A stretch of DNA of 62,028 nucleotides, the filler included, from Choristocarpus tenellus KU-1152 (Eukaryota; Protista; Phaeophyceae): NCBI GenBank assembly GCA_964200185.2. It is 11 parts of 11 records of this genome, joined end to end, with 100 filler letters (N's around TTAATTAATTAA, not from the genome) between each part and the next. Parts side by side here need not be neighbours in the genome. Positions count along the whole stretch, not along the records: positions 21,013 to 25,751 come from CAXNAD020013259.1; positions 25,852 to 29,262 come from CAXNAD020020227.1; positions 29,363 to 32,576 come from CAXNAD020021486.1; positions 32,677 to 35,580 come from CAXNAD020023768.1; positions 35,681 to 49,994 come from CAXNAD020001228.1; 6 more parts are not named here. One strand, given 5' to 3'. Each line of letters begins with the position of its first letter. The first letter of the stretch is position 1. This document shows positions 25,201 to 36,469 of this stretch, in pieces. A program made the position numbers and the translations under genes. The notes below the pieces were generated by a model, which searched no databases, had not been told where the DNA came from, and saw nothing but the letters and a program-made list of their open reading frames with translations.

Positions 25201-25393
25201 TAGCACAGGTAGGATTAAGGCTGCCCACCAGCCAGGAAACTCTTCTTTCCCACACGCGCATGCCCCTTGGTTACCTCTCACGAAACTTTTCAGCAGAGAT
25301 AGAAATATGTTTTCCCGAGTCGTCAACGGAGACCTTGATGTCCTCCTTTTTTACCCCTGGGATGTCAACAACAATTGTCCAGCTCTTATCATC
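22238..25393 (-). CDS. HSP20: Small heat-shock protein (alpha-crystallin domain), 5'-partial; exons 25393-25275, 24834-24772, 23533-23446, 22285-22238
   Basis: Phase-consistent splicing gives DDKSWTIVVDIPGVKKEDIKVSVDDSGKHISISAEKFRER DEKNKEETFHVMERGYGSISR SLRIPDTADEKSLKAVYKDGVLTINMEKK TPTPDMTSGRVIDIQ*, with D.PG, ER.YG, A.Y.DGVL and the C-terminal IXI motif. Confidence 0.93.
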
Positions 25394-25663
25394 CTATAAG
25401 CCCCTCAAAAAGAACGAACAGGGGAAAGTACCCATAGAAAGGACGAACGTGTAGGGAGGGACAAGAAAGAACAGGTATGTGTGGTTGAGCACGATTGGGG
25501 TGTGGTCAACTAGGTGCAGATAAATTTTGTTGTGAGGGGAGAAAGTGAGTGAATCAAGTGCATTTTTGTACATATATAATATTAACTATTAAATACGTAG
25601 GACTCTACGCTGACACCAGGCTCAACCTGGCTAGTCCAGTCCTGTCAATAGTAGTAACGAAAT

Positions 25664-25751
25664 GGATCAAAGTATCTGGGGGGGGGGGGGGGCCTCCCAA
25701 ATTTTTCCACTTCGGGGCCCGGGAAGGGGAAGGGAACCCATTTTTTCCACC
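25664..25751. mobile_element. MITE family B terminus at contig end
   Basis: GGATCAAAGTATCTGGGGGG followed by low-quality sequence. Confidence 0.7.
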
Positions 25752-26426
25752 NNNNNNNNNNNNNNNNNNNNNNNNNNNNNNNNNNNNNNNNNNNNTTAAT
25801 TAATTAANNNNNNNNNNNNNNNNNNNNNNNNNNNNNNNNNNNNNNNNNNNNATCTTGCAAACGTTTCCCGCGGCACAAGGCATGGCTTCCACTTTATACC
25901 CCTACCAGCAACGCGTTGTACTGCTGTATGGTAGCATGACTCAGGAAGAAGGGCATTTTTCGCGACAATTGTTTTCGCGCGCGCCACTCTCGCGTGAATA
26001 TCTCTTGGAGTTTGTGCCAAGTTGCCCGAATACGAGAATTCCGGTACAAAAGCCTATTTTTTTTAGCATGTCGAAAAAAGCGGTACAAAATTGCATATTT
26101 TGAATTTTGTTCATAGTGTTTTGGCCCAAAATAGGGTAACCTACTCTACCTCCAAAAGAAAGTTGTCTCGCAAACGTGAGGCATACACGAATCTACGGTG
26201 TACTCTTTATAATGTAGGACAAGCCGGTTGGCTGCAGCTTTCCACGATTCCCCTCTTTTGGTCCTTAAATAACTCATTGTGTTCTTTACGGCATTTTTCG
26301 ACTGACTATAAGAAAGTGTGCATTCTCTCACGAGGATGCGAATCCACTCAGTCACTGTCATGTCTTCCTGAGGAACTCGAAGGAGTTGTCCGGTGACGCT
26401 CGGGACTTCCATTGTAGATGAGTCGC

Positions 26427-27264
26427 TTAGGAGATCACTGTGGGTCCTAAGAGTGTCAGAGACACTAGTTGCTCAAGAAGCTCGATGCGGAAAGGGGTAA
26501 GGGCATCACTACGTGGATGTGATGTATTACGATAGTGGACACGATCTTTGGGTAAGGCCCACAATCCTCCTTGAGCCCTCCCTAAAGCCTTGGTAAGAGC
26601 GTCAGCGAAAAAAACGAGATTGTTTGACATGGTTGGGGCGGAGTTATCTGCAGGTACTCCAAGAAAGACGGGGCCGTTGGCAGGGTCTCCGAGTTTCTTA
26701 TGAATGTGTTCCATGGTTTTAACAAAGTCTTGATGATAACGCATGTCGAGGTTGCAAGAGGCTCTGTCTTGCTGCTGCCTACCGGATTGTGACTCATTTG
26801 ACTCAGCTCGTATGTGCAACTCATGAATTTCTCTTCGCAACCTCTCCGGACTAACGTACCGTACTCAGGCTATTCCTCCGAGATGGTCTGGATGATACAG
26901 ACCTATATGAAGAATAATAATCACTGGTCCGACGGTGACAACGTGGTGAATGGGTGCGGCCTCTGCGTTCTTCTCTGGTCCTCCGTCCGTGTCGATGAGA
27001 AGCACCTGTCCCGGGATCTCGACCTGGAGTGGGATCTGCCATGAGTGGAAAACCCAAAACGAACGTGCTCTCTGCACCTCCCTCGACGTTCAGCAGTGTG
27101 GACACGGCTGCGACCAGAATTGCCTTGAGTTGTGGTACTGAACTGGAATCTCTCGGAATCATCGATTCCTTGGAGAGTCTGTAGTCGGAGGTGACCTCAA
27201 GTTCTTGCGAATACTGTGAGCCAGACATGTCTGCGAACCTGGGAGATAAAGGGCAAGATGGCAA
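26427..27264 (-). pseudogene. Two adjacent intronless ORF fragments, probably a decayed TE gene
   Basis: Consecutive 137-aa frames separated by a stop/frameshift; Arg/Ser-rich; no diagnostic motif. Confidence 0.25.
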
Positions 27265-28490
27265 CCAAAAGAGAACAGATGAGTGTGAGTAAAGGAATAC
27301 AGAACAATTGACTACCTACGCAACATCTCGACCATGGTGATCAAAGACCATCCATTTTATGACTATAGGCCAATGATATGGCAATCAGAGGCCATTTGTA
27401 TTACGGCTATAGATGGGCGATTCCCTCGGAACCACAGAAGCAATCACACCCATGAAGATGACGAGGCCAAGGAGGCAATCCCGTAGACGACGAATGAAGA
27501 CCACAAACCCAAGTGGGAACAGAAAATAATCCAGGCGGGTGTAGGAAACTACAAAGAATCCTAAGTGTTAAGGTGAATATGGAGTATTCCCTCCAGTTTG
27601 AAGAGAGGCAGTAGGACCTTCATGTTACAGCATGCCCCTCAAAACTCACCTCCACAGGATGTACAACTCAAATCCAACGACCTTAAAACGACGCTATGGG
27701 GGCGTTGCCCTTGATAACAGTTTGTAGGGTGTCAGGTGTCCTTATCTTCTTGATATTCCACTCAGTGCTTAGCTCAAAGCTCGACTCAAAGTTTCGTTCA
27801 AGATAAAAAGTAAGGACTGAAGGCAAGTGGGATGGCTTTGGTCAAATTCTCTCTTATTATTTTCATCATCCACCCAATTTATTTGGTCTTCTATGCAACT
27901 GCTCTACACGTACTCCAATCATAAACCTTTCTTCTGCAACTTCTTAGGGACTTTGACATTTTCTTCTGTAATGTTACGTATGCATTCCGAATCTTACTCT
28001 GTATCTTCTATGAAATCATCATTTGCTCTGTAAGGCTACCTATGTGTTACTAATATCGTATATTGTTCGCACTAGTTAGAACGCGAGAAACAATCGTCAC
28101 ACTATACGTCTGTCACAAATGTTCGTGTTTGCTAAAACATGAGAAGAAATGCTCGCGCTATTCACCTGTAACGCAATCACAATCACCAGATTGAATTCTT
28201 CACCTCAGAGGGCGGGAACGAGTTTCACAGGTCTTGGACCAGCATCTCAAAGTCAGTAGAGAAATCCTGAACAGAACAAAAACCTTAATGTACAATAGAT
28301 GTCACAGAATGGCTGAGCAACGTCACAGCAGAGAAATGAAGTCAGAATCGGAACGGTTATTTGTTCTGATAGTCCTTCTGACTGTTTGGTCAAATGTGGA
28401 TCTTATGGATGTGTCTGGTTTTGTAGACTGGTCGGTATGGGCAAGTTCCAATGAAGTCATTAGTACCCGAAATGTATATGGCCGCGTGTT

Positions 28491-28747
28491 GAGTGAAAGT
28501 ATCTTAGAGGGTAGGAATTTTGCGCTGTTTGTCCGTTTGGGGCTTGGCTTCCCTCGGGATTTCTTACAACATTTTCCTACTCCGAAGTTTTGGAGTAGGT
28601 AAAATGTATACGTTATGAAACGGTGTGTCCAGAAGAAGGATATCGACCATTCCTAACATATACGATAGCCAAAATTAAGTCAAAATCGCAACATTGGATC
28701 TTGACCCCCAAACGGACGCAGCTTTACCCTCTAAGATACTTTGAATC
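28491..28747 (+). mobile_element. MITE family A, 4-bp TSD TGTT
   Basis: tgtt|GAGTGAAAGTATC...AGATACTTTGAATC|tgtt. Confidence 0.92.
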
Positions 28748-29037
28748 TGTTGTATCCACAAAATGTGTTTTTCGCAGATCCCAAAAAAGGAACTTGTCCC
28801 TTACACATTATAAATAGTAGTATATCTTTATATTTCTATATTTTCTTCTATTTTAGAGACAATTAAAAATTAATAATTGAATACAAATACGTCGTTGAAT
28901 GTCTTGTTTGGATGACTGAGGTGATTGGTGACTTATATATGTATTTTGTTTTGCTCACGAATTCTGGATTATTATTATTATTTTAATCTATGTTTGCATT
29001 CCACCCATTCCCCTCCTCCCCATTTTACCACCACTTG

Positions 29038-29262
29038 TGACCAACCAGTGCGACCTCTTCGCCACTGATTTCCAGTCACCCCACCCTCTGCGATGACCAA
29101 TCAATGTGAACCCCTTTTGCCACTGATGTCCAGTCACCGCTCACCTCTGATTACTAACCAGTGCGAACCCCCTTCGCCACTGATTTCCAGTCACCCCCCA
29201 CATCCAATGACCAACCAGTGCGACCCCTTTGCCACTGATTTCCAGTCAACACCCCACTCTTC
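29038..29262. repeat. Minisatellite, unit about 56 bp, 4 copies, truncated by the gap
   Basis: tgaccaaccagtgcga-cccct(t)cgccactgatttccagtcacc repeated. Confidence 0.9.
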
Positions 29263-29362
29263 NNNNNNNNNNNNNNNNNNNNNNNNNNNNNNNNNNNNNN
29301 NNNNNNTTAATTAATTAANNNNNNNNNNNNNNNNNNNNNNNNNNNNNNNNNNNNNNNNNNNN

Positions 29363-29792
29363 CGACAACACTCCATCACCCACGGTTGGCAATTAGCCTC
29401 TCTTTTGCTTGGTTGAACTCCATGTAGACCCGCATCATGAAAGCGCGTTCAGGATCAAACTCTCTATGGTTTCCGTTCAGTGTTCGTCCTTGAGCGGCAA
29501 GCGCAGTGTCGGCGGTGAGCTGGTCCCCGTTGCCTAAGCAGTCTCGTTAGATAACAATGGACGGAGCAAACTGCTCGAGCCAGCCTTTTTCCCGGATAGA
29601 CTTGCTGACATGCGCAAGGCCACGCTCGCTCGGGGGACGCACCATTTCCGTGCATGTGATGTTGCCAAGTTTCATCTTGTACATACTGAGGTAGTGATGT
29701 TCGAGGAGCCAGGACAAGCCCTTGGCATTGCTGTCCGACACGCTCGCGCCATCGGCGGGCAGGGGGGTCGTTGTTGAGCGAATGTTGGACAT
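29363..29792 (-). pseudogene. ParB/Sulfiredoxin-like domain gene with an in-frame stop, truncated by contig edge
   Basis: VRPPSERGLAHVSKSIREKGWLEQFAPSIVI*...GRTLNGNHR fits the ParB-N pattern R......l..l..SI...G...P..V....DG.HR. Confidence 0.55.
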
Positions 29793-30004
29793 GGTGAAGA
29801 TTGGGAAGGTGTGACGGGGATAGATAAGAAAGAGCTGCTGGTGGTATGTGCAGAAGGGAAGTATAGAAATGAGGAGTGAGGGCTGGGAGGTGCTGCTTTA
29901 TTTCATCTGGTCGGTTGGTGCCCAAGAATTCAGATTTCTCATTCCGTTGATATTTGTGTTCTAAGAAATATGAATATCGAACAGTATACGCTTTCATATT
30001 TTAA

Positions 30005-30734
30005 ACAGATAGAGAGTATCAGTTTTTTGTGACCTTTTCGTTTCGGAATATTTCAAACGTATTAGATCAACGAAGTATGTGGTTTATATTTGCATTTGTT
30101 CATATTAAGAATAGAATAATATTTTTATTTCATAGAAACCATAATGCACGTATTTTCTGGTTCATGGATTTCGGGTGGTCCTACGGATCGCCCGAAACTC
30201 AAAGTTCGCTTTTTGTTGACTTTTGTATTTAATAAAATACAAATGTTGAACAATATGGGTTTTTGTATTTAAAAAAATTAGAGGGTACCAGTTTTTTGTG
30301 ACCTTTTACTTTCGGAACATTGAAAACGTATGGCCAATTAAGTATGTGCTTTATATTTTTTTAAATTGTAATTACGGATATAATAGAATTTATAATTTCT
30401 AAAAATCATAATGCACGTATTTTCCGGTTCATGGGTTTTGGGTGGTCCGACAGATCGCCCGAAACTCAAAGTTCGCTTTTTGTTGACATTTGTATTTTTT
30501 TAAATGTTGAACAATATAAGATTTTGTATTAAAAACAATAAGAGGCTATTAGTTTTTTGTGACCTTTTAGTTTCGGAACATTGGAAACGCACAAGATCAA
30601 TGAAGTATGTGCTTTGTATTTTTAAGAATTGGAATTACGAATATAATCGAATTTTTAATTTCTAAAAAACATAATGCACATATTTTCCGGATCATGGATC
30701 TCAGGGTGGACCGACGGATCGCCCGAAACTCAAA
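30005..30734. repeat. AT-rich tandem array, unit about 265 bp, about 2.7 copies
   Basis: agttttttgtgacctttt at 30021, 30289 and 30551; gatcgcccgaaactcaaa in each unit. Confidence 0.92.
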
Positions 30735-30977
30735 CATCGTTCATACGCCGGGCTTCGAATTCAATTCTATCTTGCCCAAGACCGACTGTTGCCTGAGACC
30801 AGATTAGAATCTAGTTTTATTTCATCACAGTGAGAATAAATGCGTTTTCCAGAACACGGATTTTCTTTTTCTTTGTAATAATGTATCTTCAAACTCAAAC
30901 ATCGTACACCCGGCTTTGAATTCAATTCACTCCTAGACCTCCTCACTGCCCAAGACCGCCTGTTGCCTGGAAACACC

Positions 30978-31465
30978 ATGACAGTTGCTCCCACAGCAAG
31001 GGGGTGACTTTTGTCGCCTGCCCGCCCCCTGCGTTGCCCCCTCATCAACCCGCCAACAAAGATGATGCGCTGGAGCTTTCTATCAATGACGCTTCAGCGA
31101 CCGGCGCCAAGCTTCGCTGAGAATGGGCTCAACCCATCCCGGTCAACGAACAGGGTGACTGCTGCAAGCGCTTAGCCTGTGTGAAGAAGTTCGCGGCAGA
31201 TAGCGAGTCCTTCCTTGCCCGCACGTTGGTCAAAGAGCAGGACATCATCCAGGCGTGTAAGAACCACTGCGATCGCAAGCACTTCGTTGGTGACCGTATA
31301 CCTGTCATTAAGTTGGGGCCTGGAGGCGGATCTATGCTCGTGGCCAGCATTCCCGTTTGTACACAGATTTTTAAGGCATTGTTCGGAATATCCAATCATG
31401 TCATCGACGCTTGCAAAGGTACACCTAACGCAAGAGCATCCTCCGGCATGGAGAGGTGGGCTTGA
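30978..31465 (+). pseudogene. Sola-like transposase N-terminal region, degenerate
   Basis: GDCCKRLACVKKF ... PVCTQIFKALFGISNHVIDACKG resembles the C.C..C...F and VC...F..l.GIS motifs of Sola transposases; frameshift and stop upstream; no DDD core seen. Confidence 0.5.
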
Positions 31466-31468
31466 TGT

Positions 31469-32017
31469 ATGTACACAGTGTTATTTGTACCCGGTATTGT
31501 TTCGACGTGCGACAAACTTGTTGGAAACGGCAAAAAGATTCCTACCAAGGTCTTGACAGTTCTATGGTCTGCTATCGAGGCGAGGGAAAGGGGGGGGGTT
31601 TTGGGAGAACGACGGAAGACTAAATTCAAGGGACGAAGAGAGGAGAGGGGGAGGGAGAATGGGGACGAAAAGGAGGACAAAACCGACGACGACAAGGAGG
31701 AGGATGAGGAGGAGGATGAAGAGGAGGAGAAGGAGGAGGAGCAGCAGCAGAAGGAGGATGAGAACGACAAGGACGATGAAGATAAGGAGAACCTCGGTAC
31801 GGGGGAGGGGAGGAGGGCATCTGCCGGTGCAGGTACATGTACGGGGGTGCTCTTGCAGACAGCCGTGGAAGGACCAGTCCTTGAGGTGGATACAGGACGG
31901 AGCAGTATGGCGGCACTGAAGAGACCTTTGGCTCCAACGCAAACGCTGGAGCCAAACGCGCGGGTTAGGTGTACCGCTGCACACTCTCGGCCCCGTCACG
32001 GTGCTAGGGAAATGTAG
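31469..32017 (+). other. Acidic (D/E-rich) low-complexity ORF, possibly the C-terminal part of the same element
   Basis: GAG/GAC-rich tract EEDEEEDEEEEKEEE in an open frame directly downstream of the Sola-like fragment. Confidence 0.35.
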
Positions 32018-32496
32018 AGACGCCGGATTACCAAGCATGTGGCAGATATTCGTGTAAGTAAAGTATACCTCGTAGGCCTCTTGGAGAATGAGTGGTATGT
32101 ATTGAGAGCCGAGTACACATATTTGTTTTGGCGGATAGTAATAACTGCCGCAGGTGATGGCGGCGATAACATGTGTTTAGTTTAATCCATGACGATGTTT
32201 TCAGAGCGTTCCAAGCAGCATGTTGTTGTTGCGATACATTGTAGAAGGGGGTTTTGGTTGCATGGCAGTCATAGTCCTTTGTTTCCATGCATGATCTTGA
32301 GCCTCCTTCACTAAGGGTTGGTGGTCCTTCAAAAAATACATTTTGTACAAACGAATTATGGATGGAGAAGTATGCATTCAATTGCCAAAATATCTGATGC
32401 TAGTAGCATTTTGAAGTATTAACTGCTAGTGCTTGTGAGCAGTGTTGTCATGTTGTCGTAGCAGCGGAATCCCCCAAGATGCCGTACATCGATGTA

Positions 32497-32576
32497 GAGT
32501 GAAAGTATCTTAGAGGGTACGAATTTTTCCCTGTTTGTCCATTTGTGGGGCTTGGCTTCCCATGGGTATTTTTTTT
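32497..32576 (+). mobile_element. MITE family A, 5' part truncated by contig end
   Basis: GAGTGAAAGTATCTTAGAGGGTACG...GTCCATTTG. Confidence 0.88.
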
Positions 32577-32759
32577 NNNNNNNNNNNNNNNNNNNNNNNN
32601 NNNNNNNNNNNNNNNNNNNNTTAATTAATTAANNNNNNNNNNNNNNNNNNNNNNNNNNNNNNNNNNNNNNNNNNNNGTGCAACGAGAGCAACAGTAAGTG
32701 CATGGTAGGCCTCTTCAGCCATCCAGATATCATTTGCACTGAAGCCGTCCGAGAGAAGT

Positions 32760-32995
32760 TCCTCATAGGAGCATTCTTGATTGACTGTTTTTTCACTTGT
32801 GAACGCATCCAAACAGTGAATATATCTGCAATACAAGATGAGTCACCTCCGCCAGCCCCCGTAGTACTTGCTACAGGACCTCGTACCGTGATGCTGTTGT
32901 CAAATTCCCCATCGATCTTGGTCTCGGTGTTCTCATAGTACACTTCTCGGGCAAGGACAATTGTGTCTCCTGGCTGGACTCTGCCTAACGCGTCC
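32760..32995 (-). pseudogene. Right-handed parallel beta-helix (pectin-lyase fold) protein N-terminal exon, degraded
   Basis: AG|DALGRVQPGDTIVLAREVYYENTETKIDGEFDNSITVRGP matches the A....PGD.I.L..G.Y.......G....I...G cap; frameshifts follow. Confidence 0.5.
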
Positions 32996-33897
32996 TATTG
33001 GTCAAGACGTGCATTTTCAAGGAGGGTGGTTTCTGAACGACACTGTGTAGAAATCCCAGAGGATGCACTCCCCTTCAATTCCAAAATTGATCCAAAACCT
33101 GTGGCTTGAGATTGTTGTGAGAAAACCAAAGTCTATGAACACACGATGAAGTGGTGGTGAGCGCTGACAAGTCTCGTAGACTGTTTATGGTTGAATCGTT
33201 GATCCAAGTTAATCTGCCTTGTTGGTCACAACTTGGCAAAATTGATAATGTCATCGGATTGGATCTATTCCACCAAATAAGCTACTTTGATGTCTTGACC
33301 TCACATGAATCGAACCACTCCACAGTTATTGCTAGATGATTCAGAAAAGTTGAGAAGATGGAGGTGAAGACCATGATGCCTCGTTTTCTTGAGTTTCTGA
33401 AAGAAAACATATAATGAGCACGTATGGTTTCGAATAAATTAAAATGATAGGAGATATTAGATTAGGCATGTATGAAGATAATGTAATCCGTAATTTCAAA
33501 ATACGTATATTATTACAAAATGGAACTTCCTCTGAGAGAATGATATATAATTCAAGTCTAGATTTGTATTCTATTTCTTTGTGGCAGAACATAACTTCTA
33601 TATGGCACTACACAACCTATGATTTTCCTGTGAGAAACTTCTCCACGGTAAAACTAACTCCAGAGTTATATTTATTTATTTCTCCCAGAATACAGGTTTT
33701 GTTTTTGGTGAAAAACTGAACGGGAAAAAGAGAACTGGAAAAATGTAACTGAAGAGAGTAGGATAGATTTCATTTCGATTATACCGACGCCTGGTATTGT
33801 ACATACAAGACCTCCAAATACCACCATCACACCACTCCACCGTAACATCTAACCCTCGAAAGTCCATACCGATACAAGATTGTTGAAAAACTGAATC

Positions 33898-35400
33898 ATG
33901 TCTTATGAGGATGCGGTCACGGCCATAGGCTTCGAGCTGAATGCCTATGCGGCGAGGTCCGTGAAGGAATGCGGAAGTGTACTTTCACGGAATTCGAGAC
34001 ATGCCTTGGTGACGCAAGCATACATGGAAGTGGCAGTCCTTGGATTCTTGAAGTGGTTAGGAAAGGAAGCCCCAGACTTGACCCCCCCGACTCCCACCAA
34101 GGAAGTGTTGGAGTCGACAACATTGGGAACTGGGAAGAAGACCATTCCGAGGACATTCCTAAGTGCTAACACTTCGATATGATCCAGGTGGACTAAGGCT
34201 CAGAAGATTGTCACCAACGTGTACATCCCCCTCTGACTGACGTGAATATGACATTAGATGTTGCTTGAGCTCCTTCCATATATCATTTCACACTTTCGTA
34301 GGTTACACACCTGAAATCCATAAATCACAATGCTCAATGGGGAGTACCTTAACATACACACATCCAACACTTTTATTGCTTCCCAGTCTTGTTCCTGGAG
34401 GAAAGTTGCGGTCTGGGGGAGCAGGAGATGGACTGCCTGCAGAAGCTGTGCGACCTGTTGTGGGAGGAACAGGGGAAATCGAGGATTACTGGGAGTACCA
34501 TCGACCTTGTTGGAGGAGGGGAGGACGAACGCGAATCTCCAGCGGCGACTGAGACTAATAGATGGGGGGTCAGATTCAGGAGGTCCCACTTCCAGTCCTG
34601 CCAGCGCCACTGCAGAAAGGCCCAGCCAGGAACTACCCTCTCCTGGATCAGGGGGGAGACAATTGCCTCAGGTTTACCCTAATCCCCCCCCTCCAAGAAA
34701 AATGCCAGATGGTTGGATCCCTCCATACCTTGTCCTATATGGACCCCCGTCCAATGATATGCTCCAAGACTTTGCACATGAGTATGAGCTAGAGACCCCC
34801 ATAAGAAGGGTCTACATCCTCATGTGACTTCAGCAAGGATGGGGGGTCAGTGGAGTCCTCTTCAATGGAGGGAGCGGAGGCAATGAGGAGTTTCAGGCTA
34901 GCAGCAAACCCAGGATCGAGGAGTCGACAGCAGTTACGGAGGGCTGTTGAGGAGGACTTGAAGTTGGAAGCAGAGTCAAGGGAAAGAGTAGGACGGACGA
35001 CCACATTATTAGTGCCCTCATATCAACATTGGATGATGCGTCTAGAGACATGAGGAAACACGTAGACATCGTGGAAGAAAAGCTACTGCTACGGAAGATA
35101 GGCGCAAATTTGATGGAATGCTCAACACTGCTAAGGAAGCTTGGAGGACTTTTGAGAAGAGTGGTGATACGGTTCGGGCAGAGTTCTGTAGGAGACACGT
35201 AAACGTCATGGAAGAAAAGGCTACTGCTACGGAAGATAGGAAGCAAAGGATGGAAGAAAAGGCTACTCCCAGGGAAGATAGGATTTGACGGAATGCTCAA
35301 GACTGCTAAGCAAACTTTGCGGACTTTTGAGAAGAGTGGTGATACTGTTCGGGCAGAGTTCTGTAGGAAACAGTATGAGCAACTTGTGGCAGTGAGGCTG
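33898..35400 (+). pseudogene. Fragmented gene, possibly a transposon accessory (Harbinger Myb/NAM-like) protein
   Basis: I*SRWTKAQKIVTNVYIP, GGKLRSG.EMDCLQKLCDLLWEEQ, PDGWIPPYLVLYGPP, GSRSRQQLRR in successive broken frames. Confidence 0.3.
35055..35372 (+). repeat. Imperfect internal duplication (about 135-180 bp) with ggaagaaaag(g)ctact sub-repeats
   Basis: ggacttttgagaagagtggtgata..gttcgggcagagttctgtagga occurs twice. Confidence 0.85.
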
Positions 35401-36469
35401 GACGAGATATCGGTGGTGCTGGGGTGATGTTGGGAAGTGGCGGGACGGTGGTGAAGGGGGACTCATGGGAATTGGAGCCAGGTAGTGGTGAAGGGGAGGT
35501 TGACTTGGGGGCTTTGGGGACAAGCAGGGGTGAAGGGGTGGTTGACTTGTTTACTTTGGGGACAGACAGCAGTAGTGGGGNNNNNNNNNNNNNNNNNNNN
35601 NNNNNNNNNNNNNNNNNNNNNNNNTTAATTAATTAANNNNNNNNNNNNNNNNNNNNNNNNNNNNNNNNNNNNNNNNNNNNCCACACCCACACCCATGTCC
35701 CTCCATGACCATGTTACAAGTAGCAAACCACCTACCTACACATAATTTACACCTTGAAGTTCCCCCCCCCCCTTCCACCTTTACTGCAGTTAAAACCCAA
35801 CTCATCAACAGGGACTGCCAGAAAACAGGAAAAAAAAATTGAAAAAACAGACACTAACCATCTCCGGTCATAATTGACCGCATTCAAAAAAAAATCTCAA
35901 TTGACTTAAAACCAAAACCAAAACCAAAGCCAAAGCCAAAGCATCATATGACAACGATTCGGGTATTCCACATGTCATGTGGATATGCACACGCCTCCAC
36001 AAGTCCCTACCCGCATGGAGCACAATGACTAGTACATACAGTAAGCATGTACAACGATGTTATAAAAAACCTCAAAATATTTCGACTCCAGCAGAGCTCC
36101 TCACCAGGAGGGTAAGGGGGCCCCACCCCAAGCACCACGTGACCGCGCACCATGACAAAAATAAAATAAAATAAAATAAACAGTAAGGGCTGACTGAAAC
36201 GATCACAGCTCATGTAAGATGTGAATCCTCTCAGTTCACAACTCTGATTAAAAAAAAAATGGACAACGGTTGTAGCTCTTGGTAGGCCCAGAGCCGTGTA
36301 TCATGGGTATCTTCCATCATACACACCCCGCCTTTCAAAACGATAAAACACACCACCACCCACGGCAACCAGCACAACTTCAACAAACTAAAATAAATAT
36401 CATTCCACAAAAATCGTGTACGAAAAAAAAAAGAAAATTCCTCACACTTATAATCGTAGCAAACTACAC

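Noticed and set aside
29038-29262. Repeat-spacer-like pattern suggesting CRISPR
   Set aside because: The variable parts are short, related C-rich sequences and the repeats are degenerate; eukaryotic context with no cas genes
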